Source: Bigelowiella natans CCMP2755 (taxonomy: Eukaryota > Protista > Cercozoa). Taken from it: a stretch of DNA of 35,892 nt. Each line of letters opens with the position of its first letter. Positions within the stretch are counted from its first letter, which is position 1. The notes beneath the pieces are model-generated. The model saw only the letters and a program-made list of their open reading frames with translations, did not search any database and was not told the origin of the DNA. Below, in pieces: positions 12,441 through 25,091 of the stretch. A program made the translations under genes and the position numbers. The DNA is taken from the NCBI GenBank assembly GCA_000320545.1, contig ADNK01000162.1:1-35892 (forward strand), given 5' to 3'.

Positions 12441-14834
12441 ATGAGCGTGAGAAGGTCTACATTTTCTCATCCAACACGCGGAGCTCCATCAAAGAGCGTT
12501 CACCACATAGGGTATTGGACAAAATCCCTCAACTTTGCGTGCCATACACTAAATTAAATTTTACTACAGAGAAAATGCAATTCATCATAACATCGTCGTT
12601 GACGCCCAGAGCTATGAGGTAATACATTGTATATGTAATATGCCTCCCCACTTTCATATTTTGATTAGGATGCATAACTTACTGTTTTCGTGATTTAGAT
12701 TGGAGATAAAGTCTCTATATTCTCTTCCTCGAACAAGTCGTGGCATGAAGATGGCGTAATCGTTGATATCGATCGGCGGGGGCAACTGAAAATCGCTTAT
12801 AACAAGGTAAAAAACAGGCTACTTCAAAGCAAATGGTTATCTCCGGATAACGCCGTTGGGAGCTTGAAGAAAAGGCTTGACGAAAATATATGCACTTCGG
12901 TAAGAATTTTCTTCATTCCGTTCTGTTCTGTTGGCTTATCCTTTGCATCTGCTATTCTCATGTACTCTCTTCTACTGCTTAACTCAGAAAACCATAGCTC
13001 AGCTGATTAGGCAACAGATTACCTACTTGGATAGGTCTTGCATATCCTTCTGAGATTCACGATCCGTCTTTTGATTGAAAATGCTTCTTCTCATTAATTG
13101 AATCAGTTTGATCGAACGAAGACAGGGCGAAATGAAGGTAAACGAGGAAGCAACCATAAAAATAACGAAGATAAATTTCTTTCACGACACACTCACTCAC
13201 TTACCCACTCACTCACTTAATCTATGTTTCAGAGCCTCGCCGAGGAAGTCGTTAAGGCCAGGCAGCAGAAGGGAGTGCTAGCTCAGGAATTGGCAAAGGT
13301 AAAAACATCAGATTGCAGCATCGATCCATATTTATGATAGCTTTCCAGATCGAAGGCGGGGAGGCTGTAGCCAGGGAAATGACAAGGTTTGAATCTAGAG
13401 GCACTGTTCAAGCCCGCCTTATACACAGACCCACGCATTGTTGATGTGATGCATAAATCGTCAAACACGATGCACTCTAATGCACCCACTCTTGCAGGAT
13501 GGGAAATGTGCATCTTGAAGACATCATCGAGCACAAGGTAAGTAGTTGCATCTCGGCGACATAAAATATTTCTAATTCATGATGATAAGCCGTGGTACTT
13601 ACAACAAAAAAAACGAGGATTTATTGTTCTGCAACCCAGCTAGCAGAAAAAGGTCTTTTGTTAGCTGGTTTGCAGGACAAAAATCAACGATGTTTTCACC
13701 GTTCGTATTTGAATTTTCTTGGAATTATTCTAATATCCGATACACTTACAATGATGCATATCGTTCACAGGAGGCAAAATCTCTTCAGCCTATAGAGAAA
13801 GGACACAGCGTTGCCAGATTAGCAGAATCCATGATATTTGCACTCCGGTCGGTCATGAACGCACACCTATGGAGAATTCGAGGCGTGTGATTTAATCTCT
13901 GTTTTGCTTTCGCCAGATGGTCTATAATGAGAGTGACGTCAGTTCCGAGCAAGCTGGTGAGTCAGTTTAGTTCTTGTCGTCTTTAACTGGTGTCGAGCAG
14001 TTTGTGCGAACGTGCATGCGTGCTGATATCTCCGCCCATCATCGTGTGTATCAGCGTGGTGGCGACTTCAACGAGTGCATCGATGCACACTTCCCAGAAA
14101 AGGGGTGAGCGACAAATCCGTCAGAAAGAGAGAGACATGGAGTGAACGAACCCCGATATTTGATTGAGATCGATGCTGCCGGCTATTACTGATGATGCTG
14201 ATGATCAGGTCGGGATCCCCGTACCACACACCAGCGCATAGGCTGGGAGATTTTACTTTCAAGGTGAGGAAGCACCGCTGAAAAGATTGCTTTTTCTTGA
14301 ACTCAAAAAAGTTGTTTCCTCGTCGCCGCCATCGCCGTCGTCGTGTTTTCCTTCCTTCCCCCTTCCACCAGGACTATGGCCCCAAGATCTTTAAAAGAAT
14401 CAGAGCTCAGCTCTCAGGAGTGAACGAACTCGAGGTAGGTGATTGCGCGAGCTCCTTGTCTCTCAAAGTATATATTACATAAAAGGGATATTGGGGGATC
14501 GCTCAGCCGATTTTTTTGCATGTTGGGTCTATGCGTGCAGTATTTGGAGATGATAGCTCACAACCAGAAATTCCTTGAATTCATTTCGAATTCCCGCTCC
14601 GGGGCGTTCTTCTTCTTCTCTTCCAACGGGAGATTCATGATCAAGACGATCAGCAAAGTCGAGTGCGACTTCCTGCGACAGAACCTCAAGAAATACTACT
14701 TCCATCTCATGGAGCACAAAGACACGATGCTTGCGAAGGTAGCAAGAACAAGAAAATAATGATGATGATGAGATGGTGATGATGATGATGATGAAGATGA
14801 AGAAGAAGAAGAAGACCGTTTTTGGTAGTAGTAA

Positions 14835-14866
<32 letters not shown>

Positions 14867-15269
14867 AGCTTTCATGAATCAGGGCTAGGCACAGTAGGCC
14901 TTCTATATCATACAGCATCAGCACCGATAGTAGTAGTAGTAGTAATGACAATACATGCCTGCGAAGGTATATGGCCTCCACCGAATCAAGATTCACGGAG
15001 TCAGTCTGAAGTTTGTCGTCATGGAATCGATCTTCTACTCCGGAAACCCCAAGTCAGTAGTAGCAGTAGTAGTAGTAGTAGTAGTAGTAGTAGGTGTAGT
15101 CCTCCTCACCGATTTCGCCATCATCCCCACTGACCTAACAGCGCACAGCTGCAGCTTCTTTAAGTAATCACGACCCCGGTTGCTTCATTAGGTATATCCA
15201 CCAGATATTCGATCTGAAGGGGAGTCGTGGACAGACACGCATGGCCACAGCAAAGGTTTGTCAAGGAGC

Positions 15270-15309
<40 letters not shown>

Positions 15310-15343
15310 CTCTGCTGCTGCTGCTGCTGCTGCTATATCTTTG

Positions 15344-15379
<36 letters not shown>

Positions 15380-15682
15380 AGCAGCGTATTCTTTGTATTG
15401 ACTTGATGATGATGACGATGATGGTGATGATGATGATCCTCCCTAGGATTTTGAAAGGGCGCCTACCGAAAACTTCACCAGCACGGTTCTGAAGGTAGCT
15501 TGCATGATTGCCTCCGCGGTGTTGTTACCATAAATAATCGAGTTGTTGTTGAGGTGTATCCGTGAGCGTAAGTAGCCGAAGGCAAGACCCATAATACGCC
15601 TTCTATCTAAATTGCTGCGTACACCACACAGGATAACGACTTCATTGAGCGGGAAATCTCTATCAAAGTCGGGAAGGAGGAG

Positions 15683-15714
<32 letters not shown>

Positions 15715-16033
15715 CATCGCGATGTCGCACAGCTAACAGTGCCCCATATAACAACGACCTCCATCATCATCGTCATCATCGTCATCATCATCACCATCAT
15801 CGGTGGACGTTGCGTGCACACAGGCAGCGAAGTTCCGCAAGATTTTGGAAAACGACATCAAGTTTCTAAAGAAGGTGAGTCGTTTGATTATTCATGGTAA
15901 CGTGTGTGTTGGATGGCCCAGAGATAATAACTGTCGTCATTTGCAGCTGAAGGTGATCGACTACAGCCTTCTGGTTGGACTGCATCATACCGACAAGAAA
16001 GTTCCGCAGGTACTACTACTAGTAGCACTACTG

Positions 16034-16065
<32 letters not shown>

Positions 16066-16625
16066 GTGTGGGTATATACTTTTAGTGCAATGGAGGGAGA
16101 GAGAGCGAGAGAGAGGGGGGGGGGGGGGGATAATCTGTGTTTTCCAAAGCTAGTCGGATAGATGGCTGTTCGTCGTTGTTGTTTGTTGTTGTTGTTGATG
16201 ATGATGTTATCGTCGTTGTTGTGGAATCATTAAAGGCAACGAAAAACCAGCCGTTTCGCCTCAGCCACACACTTGGCGGCGACTGGAAGAACGGAGTGCA
16301 TCTTTCCGTCCCCCCCTCCCTCATGAGAGCGGGTAGCAGCGATGTGGTTCTGGCTCGGGACAACGACGAATCCCTGTCCTCCCCACAGTCTAGAAGTCCG
16401 TCATCGGCTGCTCCAAGCCCCAGGTCAGCCACCATGCCATCCCAAAGCCCAGAGCGGAAAGCAGCATCAGCGGGTGAGAGGAGTCTTTCGGCATCCGAAC
16501 ATGGAGCGACGGATGAGCGAAGCAACAACCAGAAGAAGACCTCTTCGAGGTCTCTGGCGGAGATGAGGAATGTGTGGAGCTCTGAGGATGGAAAGACCAT
16601 GTCAGGCAACAAATGATCGGCGACC

Positions 16626-16664
<39 letters not shown>

Positions 16665-16679
16665 TTGTGTGTTGCATTC

Positions 16680-16717
<38 letters not shown>

Positions 16718-16893
16718 GGATGTGCTGAGAATTGCGCTGTACGTATTTATCTCTCATCAGATACTACATTGGAGTGATTGACATCTTAATCCAATACGGA
16801 ATGAAGAAGAAGATGGAGCACACCTACAAAACCTCGGTATTATCTACCACTCAAGCCCCACGACTGGCTGTATCTTGAATCAATATCAAATGC

Positions 16894-16930
<37 letters not shown>

Positions 16931-17095
16931 GTATACATATAACATTTACTTATTAAATATCTTTACAATATATATGTACCTTACACTTATACACGTATAA
17001 AGGTCCTTGGAGGAAGTGAAAGTGACGTCAGCGTCATACCACCTGATCGATATGCCAAGAGATTTCTGGACTTTCTGATGCCCCGAATCATGTGA
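12441..17095 (+). CDS. Phosphatidylinositol-4-phosphate 5-kinase (PIP5K family) with N-terminal Tudor/SH3-like beta module and coiled coil; more than 20 exons
   Basis: PIP5K core motifs: TPAHRLGDFTFKDYGPKIFKRIR, SNSRSGAFFFFSSNGRFMIKTI, KVYGLHRI, FDLKGS, LKDNDF, IDYSLLVGLH, YYIGVIDILIQYGMKKKMEH and SVIPPDRYAKRFLDF. Stop TGA at 17093-17095. Upstream exons chain in phase back to ATG 12441. Confidence 0.93.
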
Positions 17096-17734
17096 GGGTG
17101 GTGTATCTGGCATGGAAGCTCAATGGGCAATCAGCATATTATTCTTGCTAGAACACCGCAGAATTTCTGTTTTTGCCCTCGACGTTGCCATTACTATATT
17201 ACATATATCATGTGACACGGATTATGTCATGTACACACGCAGTTATGTACAACTGCATTTATTTTGTTCGTATGGCTTAAAAAAAAGATTGTAGTAGATG
17301 CATGTGTGGAAAAAAATGGTAAAAATGTACATCTAGATATGTGCAACCACGCACTACGTTGGAGCACAATATGAGCGCTGACTGCGGACTGCTTATATGT
17401 GCAAATAGCCAATATGCAAAATGCGGTGAAGATTAATGGTGGCTAGGGTTGTTGATTTTTTCATCAGCTAGTTCTGGTACATACATGCAAACACTGGCCA
17501 CCCGCACATATTGAACGCATGGTGATGCTGCAGCGCCAATGCATTGTATTTGCTTGTTTGAGCTAGCATTGCAATTATTATCAAGTAAATCAACAAGACA
17601 AGCAGTCAATACAACGTGCACAGCGCTAGGTATGTGCCGTTATTACCTGCTATTATATTGTTGACCGTGTTGAGAGCGTCCAGCTTCATGAAAGCTAAGA
17701 TTCCAGGTTATCATTACACTATTAATGTGCTGCT

Positions 17735-18748
17735 TAGCTAGGAACTGCGGTTGTTGGTCGAAGCAATCTTGAAACATTCGTGGACTTCGTCTCGTTTATT
17801 CTATTAACCGCAGCGGTCGTCTGAATTCTTCGTAATGCCGAAGCTTGCTGTGCCTATTTGTGTCAGAAGGAGTATCATTATCGCGTCGACTAGCAGAGCA
17901 TTACCATCAAAAAAGAAAAAGTACTATCTCATTGAAAACAGAAATCTATTGATCGAGTTTGCAAGCAACCAATCAACCTCTCTTGTAATGCATATTACCT
18001 CATTCAAAGCTTTTCTCGCTACGGAGGAGAGCTCTGGCGACCCGGTGTTGTCAATGGGAATAAATGAGCAACTGCATCGCAGCTGCTGTTGATTTGACTT
18101 GCTCATTCTGTACGAATGTGATAGTAAAGATGAACACACGCAGTGAGTCAAGAATGGCGTTAATTTGGGTAAGGGGAAACGTCGTGTACCCGACAATTCC
18201 GTAGGATTGGCGCGAAGCAAAGGGTTGTTCACTCCCAACCTAAAATGCATTGACAAGCAAGTTTCGAGGGAAAGAATTTCATGTGGCATTCATGAATTCC
18301 TTCTATTTTCAATACTCCGCTGATTCTACCTCAAGGAAGCTAATTTCATGAGTATTTTCGGACCCTAGCTCGTACTCTGAACGTATCAGCGACTCGACGG
18401 AGCCGTGGGTCTGCTCATTTTTCTAGATCACCGCAACAGTCAAAGAGGCACGTGGTGAGAATGCGCAGCAATGAAGGTCGAGAGAGTTGACAGACACTTA
18501 CGTAGTTTTGTGGGTAATGTGGCCGAATTCCGGTCCCATCTATGATCTAGAAGTTCATTCGGGGGGTAAGATCTAACAAATTCCGATCCATATGAGACAA
18601 CGTTAATAGTTATTACAAAATCATCAGCTCTTCTTTGCACATTTGCAGCTTTCTGAGCCACAGCAGAGATTGTATGCTGTGACCCCAGAAGTATAACGAA
18701 GAACATCAGCCAGACGTCCCATGCTGAACATGGCCGTCGGGCTATCAT
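17735..18748 (-). CDS. Hypothetical small secreted protein, about 5-6 exons, model uncertain
   Basis: Hydrophobic leader WLMFFVILLGSQHTISAVA, then phase-compatible GT-AG exons (IIDGTGIRPHYPQNY; KNEQTHGSVESLIRSEYELG...; CSCSFIPIDNTGSPELSSVARKALNE). It lies head-to-head with the MED4-like gene. No family recognised. Confidence 0.4.
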
Positions 18749-19018
18749 CCACTCCTGCAAGTAGTCAAGTGGTGGGGGGGAGCGTCGAATTTTTGAAATA
18801 TATTTTTAAATTATTTTGAGAAAAAACTCTGTCGTATGATACAAATCCCATCGATCTGAATGATTTTTAATGATAAAATCGTAGGACATTTTGGTCGATA
18901 GTTAGCGTGCTTTCATTGTCGCAACAAGGTCTGCTTGCCTGCCCCGGGACCATCGCTCAGGAGGAGATGGATGTGGAGGGGGAAGACACACCGCCCCGAT
19001 CCGTCTAGAACAAGGACC

Positions 19019-20148
19019 ATGTCTCTCCGACAACTGCTCACCATTCATCTCGATGAGCTACAGATTGTGGTAAGTGCCTGAGGGAATTGTTTTTATGATA
19101 CATGCTTATGTCGGAACGATGCCAGCAATCATGAGATAGAAGCATCATCCCTTGATTCACCTTTCTCTTGTCAAATACCAGGTGGACGACTTGCTAAGAA
19201 GTATCTCCGATTTTGACAATGAAGCAGCTGTAGAAAGGGTAACTTAGCTCTTTGTAATGGTGCACTTTCTTTGTGTGTCATCGTCCCAGAACAGCGAATG
19301 AACACACGATACTCCTCTGCTCTGTAGGTGTGCGCCAAGGCTGAAACGCTTGTGCAGAAGGATGAGAGGTGAGTGAGTCGCAGAATCCATCTCCTGAAAA
19401 GTGCATATTATTATCTAACAGCCTCTCTATTTTGACAGCTTACACAAAGCCGTGAAGAAACTCATTGAGCATCATCGTTTGCAGGTGGTCTCGAATGTGT
19501 TGTTGAGCGTGGGTAACACAATTTTAAATGAATTATTGTGATTTTTGCTTGCAGAATGAGATAGATCAGCTCAATGATGAGATCGAAGTCGAGGATACCA
19601 AGATAATATCATTTACTAGGAAATTGGCCAGTCTTGAACAGGTACACGACACGTGAGTCATCGTCTTTGCGCGAGAAGCATTCTTCAACGACAGATCGTT
19701 GATCCTTCATTTTATCAGAATCTTCACGATGCCACAGTCGAGGAGAAGGACAGGCGCATGGCTAATTTTGATGGAATATCCCAGAAACAGATATTCACTG
19801 CAAACGAGGTGCATCTATGTGTGCTTCCGAGAGTCGAACGTCACATGAAGAAAGTGTGGAGAGGACATGAAATGATGCAAATCCTCATGTAACTGACTCA
19901 GGTGTTAGTGTTTGCTGAACGGCTAGGGCAGTTAAGTTCGCAGGGGTACGATTAATCACATGCATGTGCAAGTTGGATGCAATCTTCCATCAGCCGACCC
20001 GGCTGTGAGCCTCGCGCCGATCAATGTTGATGGAAATAAACGCAATTTTGTTTGCCAAGTGTGACATAGATGGAGTGTATAGGAATGTTCATTATACTTA
20101 AAAGAGGCAAAAGATTGCAAATGGACACGCAAGCACGCACATATACAC

Positions 20149-20185
<37 letters not shown>

Positions 20186-21324
20186 GCACACGCACAACAT
20201 ACAGATATCAAGAATCGGAAGGCTACAAAGGTTTCCGTCGTGGTCCGGCGCCAGGAGCGGTAGGCAATTGTGGCTCCTGCGACATGAGAGTTTAGTCCGA
20301 GATTTGCTGCATTCGTATTCTTGGCTCATATTGTATATGATGATGACACCTTAGGAAATGACGAAGAGCAAACTGCGCCTCTCACTTGACGCCATGCTCA
20401 GCGCAGAATGTGAGAAATCAGTCGTCATCAAACTACTAAAACATATACCTTCCCGAAGACACTTCTCGCTTTCAAAAACCTTCAATCTCGCAGTCTGTAG
20501 TCCTGCTCAATACACGCCACCTTTCCTCAGCGATAGGCACACCAATTGCTGCTGCTGTGACTGCTCAAACACTGATCCCAATAGATTTGAAGGCATTCTG
20601 CTTATTTATTCAACTCTCACGCCATTCTTTTATATACAGTTGTATTCTCCATGCCAAAGACAGAGGACGATGCAGACGCTGCAGCATCATCAGATAGGAA
20701 GGGGGAGGCGCATAAGGGGGAAGGAGAAGATACGAAACCAGGTGAAACAGCAGCTGGGCGGAAGCAAGCGAATGAGGGCGAGGGGCAGGATGATCAAAAG
20801 AAGAACAACCAGTCAACGAAAGCTGCCGCTATGGAAGAAGATGCAATCGATGAGGAAGAAGAGAAACCAGAGAGGTCCTCACTAAAATATTTGGCCAGGA
20901 CGCATGTGAATCATCCGTGTTTCCACGACATCATATCTCTATGTACCTTTGCAGGGCTACCTTCAAAGACTTTCTTCTCGGCCAGGTGAGCGCCCTTCTT
21001 TATGTGCAGTCTTTTTTTGGGGTATATCTGATGCCGATTGTAAGAGGGAAGGCGTTGGAGGGAGCCAACTCATTGAGATGGTGATCCATTGTTTGGGCTG
21101 GTACTTGAAGAGGTGGGAGAGAGATGGGAGATGACAATAAAGGGGTAGTAATAAAACCACAAAGAGAGGACTAATAAGAAGAAAACTGCCACCGTGTTCC
21201 GAAATGCACCCATCTGAATACAACGAAAACTGCAATCTAGGTGGCACAAGGCAAACTTGGTATGGGTGATGATAGTTCCGATTCTGATGAAGATGAGGAT
21301 GAGTCAGACGAGGAGGAAATATGA
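19019..21324 (+). CDS. MED4: Mediator complex subunit 4-like protein, about 12 exons
   Basis: Spliced product: MSLRQLLTIHLDELQIVVDDLL, coiled coil LVQKDESLHKAVKKLIEHHRLQNEIDQLNDEIEVEDTKIISFTRKLASLEQNL, then NEVLVFAERLG...GPAPGAEMTKSKL (resembles Med4 'ELISYAHRI...PYP..EMR.G.L'), and an acidic tail DDSSDSDEDEDESDEEEI. Stop at 21322-21324. Confidence 0.7.
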
Positions 21325-22035
21325 TGGAAACGCTAAAAGCACAGCAATTCATCAAGCCATCAGACCGATTGCACATACATACAGTGGATGTCGGCAAATC
21401 TACCGGACTTCAATACTTCCTAGCATCCATCTGTCTCACAATGAATGTTGCATTGACTCCGCGTGTGTTTGGGGCTTGCCTACATTTATCATTAATAAGC
21501 ACAAATCGTCAGTGCAAGAACCGATACATAAGATACTATGTGATACTGCAAGGAGTCAGCTAATGATATGTCGTATAAAAATGCGCAATGATGCTAATGC
21601 TCATAAGACCGCGCGTATTTTACTAGTATAATAAGCTGGCGTAGTGTACCAGAGCCTCGCTGGTACATCATATATGCATCATTTGTAGCTTTAATTCATT
21701 GTTGCTTTGCAATGTCATCCTTATTTAAACTAGTTGTGAGGAGGCGGTGGGCATCATGTATGTCTAGATGTCCATTAGTCAGAGAAATGATTGAATAAAC
21801 GAGCATGCAATCAGTGCTTCCATTTACATCCCTTCGACCATGCTATTTATGTAGGCCGTAGGAGAGCGCTACCCTAATAATATTTTAAATCGCAGGCGGC
21901 GCAATAAATGAACGGTTGCCATCTATAGCCATGCAAATAGCCCAATTCACATGGCTTTGGTTGTACAGTAAGACTTCTTACATTCACATGTTTATTAATG
22001 CGAATGACAGTCTAGCGAATCAAGCAGAAACGATG

Positions 22036-22195
22036 CTATTTCTTCGCCCGAACCATTTTCTCGACACGGGTCGTGGCACCTTTTATCTGTGCATGCAGAT
22101 CAGAAAGTTCTTGGTGGTTGCAGGTCATCTGAATCTCGCGTTCAGCGCCTGTGAATTATCGTCAAGGACGACAAATATCAGACACACAGTAACAC

Positions 22196-22258
<63 letters not shown>

Positions 22259-22702
22259 AGCATACTCACTCAATTCCTGCGAGCATGTTTAAATGACTGA
22301 CTGACCTATGGATGGGTCGTAGACGTGCAACTTCAGCATGTACACGGGCTCGCGCAACTAAGATTTTGAATTGAGAAAATAAGTCGATGTGACGACTAGA
22401 TCAGCATCAAAAGCAGAGCAACGGCTACTGTATGGTCGATGTGTCGTTATATAAGGAGTGGATGGCTTCGATACGGTTGAAGTGTGAAGGTGTATCATAT
22501 CTTTGGAGATATTTCTTGGTTTGAATATCATCTCCAATTGCAGGACTCGACCAAAAAGAGCTAAGAGACCTGCTCTATACTCCTGGAACGCATATGATGG
22601 TCCAGGCGCCATTCTGTCCGAAGAAGCTAATACATGCCACCGTTAGATTTTTGATAATTATTATGCCCGTGCATTTTAAGATGAGCGATGCCGTCGTACA
22701 AA

Positions 22703-22741
<39 letters not shown>

Positions 22742-23972
22742 TTGGGTGATGGGAAAAGTATCCTAACAAAAAAAAGCGCAGTCGAAGTCAAAATGTGAAA
22801 ATGTTTCCAAACAAAATTATATTTATATGACACCAAAAGCTAAACTGTTTTGCTCGGTGGTGAAATGAATGGTTTGCTCGCTGGAAACTCAATGCCCCTG
22901 CTGGCCATAATTTGCAGCGACAATTGGTTTTCTTCCCCCTTCCTCCACTCCTCCTCCTCTATCTATATCTGTATCTCTTTTTATGTTCATTTCAATATTC
23001 ATTCATTGTTTTATTTGTAATTGCTCTACCTGGGGAAAACTCGTTTTGTTTCTGGAAAGCACTTTGCGTAAAATCGGCTTGCATTGATCAAACATAGTCT
23101 GATGATCAACATCAATATAATTTGTACGTGCAACGTCACTTCAAAAAATTCTCCATAACCCCCCCCAAAAGGATGAATGTTTGGTACCATAACGGTTTTC
23201 ACACGGTCTTCGGAAAGCTTGGCCTCCTCTAATGCCGAGGCGATTTGGGAAGGGGGCACGTCTGTCTTTGCCGCCTCTACAATAAACTTTGTGAGGGCAA
23301 GATGTGCGCCTTTCACTAGAATTGGATCGATTTCTGAGAGAGCTTCGACATCTGAAGGCAGAAAATGCCAATCAGTTTTGAATTGAGTGGTATGAAGGGT
23401 ACAAAAGGGGCACAGGGATGCAATGAGGAGGATAAGGAGATTGGGGAAGATGAGGAAGAGGAGCAAGAACTAAGAACTACTGGGAAAAAGGTCTACAACT
23501 TCATTATTATATCAAAATACTTTTAAGGTCCTTTCTAGGAGTAGCAACTCCCTTAGCATCCTCCCCACAGGCGTTCATCAACGTAGTCTTCACAAGGGCC
23601 TTGAAAGCCTTGTCCGGAAAGTCGGCCTTTGGCAATGAATAATGAGAACACAACAAAACTACGTTAACTTGTTGTACGATAGCAAACGCCGCCTACTTTA
23701 CGCACGAAGACGATTTGTAAAAACGTATGGGAAAAGGATTTAATCGTCCTCGTTAAGTTGGTAAGTAGTAAATATCGCGATCCATTTGTATTCCTATTAT
23801 TGCATTTCCAGGCCAGCATTGAGGCTAATTAGATCTATGATATTTTTTTGCTTGTGTATGCAAGAGTTTTAAATTCGACAGCCGATAATTTATGCCTGAT
23901 TCTCTCAGATCATCGGCGCTTCCAGCTTACCATGGCGGCCAGGCCCCCTGTGGTCTTATCGCTGACCTCCAT
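22036..23972 (-). CDS. COMMD3: COMM domain-containing protein, COMMD3-like
   Basis: MEVSDKTTGGLAAM|ADFPDKAFKALV, IDPILVKGAHLALTKFIVEAAK...ALEEAKLSEDRVK, and COMM domain TEWRLDHHMRSRSIEQ|LREPVYMLKL|REIQMTCNHQELSDLHAQIKGATTRVEK. Stop TAG at 22038-22036. Confidence 0.85.
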
Positions 23973-24279
23973 TCCCTATCTGGATTTTTTTCGCTTGATC
24001 TGTACGTGCGGCGATTGGTTTCACTGCGACAAGGAAGAACCTCAGTCGCGCACTATCAAATCTAATCCCAACCAAGATTCCGCAGAGGAGGCCTGGAAGG
24101 CGACTGCAAGCAAAGGGGAAAAAAAAAGAGTGAAGAGGCAAAGCCACGAAATCGACAATTGGAAATCGAGCCCATCAAATTTCAAGACAAACTTTCGAAC
24201 CGGCTCAAACAAAAGCAAGACGTTGTTTCACGAGATTCTTTCTTGACAAATCTGGCGACGACACCCTTCATGGAACCAT

Positions 24280-24920
24280 CGGTTGGTGCATGCGAGCTGC
24301 TGTGCACGGTCAACATCTGCTCTAGTGCTTGTTGGTGGCGATGCCACAGCATGCATGCTTGTGTGTCGCACATTCCAGCATTGCCAAATTGCTCACATGT
24401 CGATCATTGGTTGCGCGCGCGCACACACACACACACACAAATTGATCGCTGAGAATCGTTCAGCGTGTGTCACATTGGCACGCTGGCACGTCTGGGTGTC
24501 GTGTGCACACGTCGCAGCCGCCACGCACGTGTGTGAGCATCGCGTGTGCGTCCCCTGCTAGCCTGTGCGATGAAGTTGTCGAACTGGTGATCATCTGCGC
24601 CGCTCGCCAGCGCTAGCGGGAGCGTGCATGCGCACCGTGCCAGCGTGGAACTTGTGCGTTCCAGATTGTTGGATCGCGATGGATGGAAATGAAGGACCAT
24701 CACTGGACAAGGCCAACAAGAAGCGAGCTGTGCACACATGCGAATTGCACGTGTGCCATCAATGTCCAGCACGCCATTCATTCCTGTGCTCGTCTTGATT
24801 GCATCCAAGCTAGCAAGATCTAGAGGAGGTCTAGCCAGGCGGTGTTGGTCGCTCTGTCTGTCTAGCAGCTTTGTCGTCACTTTTTGAACGTGCATTCATT
24901 TGGTGAGATCTAGCCAAACA
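24280..24920. repeat. Second CTAG/TGCA-rich intergenic island
   Basis: About 8 CTAG plus abundant GCATGC/CACGTG/TGTGCA. It shares ttccagcattgc (24373-24384) with the reverse complement of 11611-11622. Confidence 0.45.
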
Positions 24921-25091
24921 TGAATCTGCTCATGCATACTTTGCTGAGATGTTCTCATTTCGTTTGATAGTCGATGACTTACATTTAACTGTGAACCTAT
25001 TGGCAATGAACACACTCCATTTCGGCCTATGCAATTCCTTCTCTCGTTATTCTCTCATTCTCACACCTCTAGATCTAGATCAATCGCTGCT

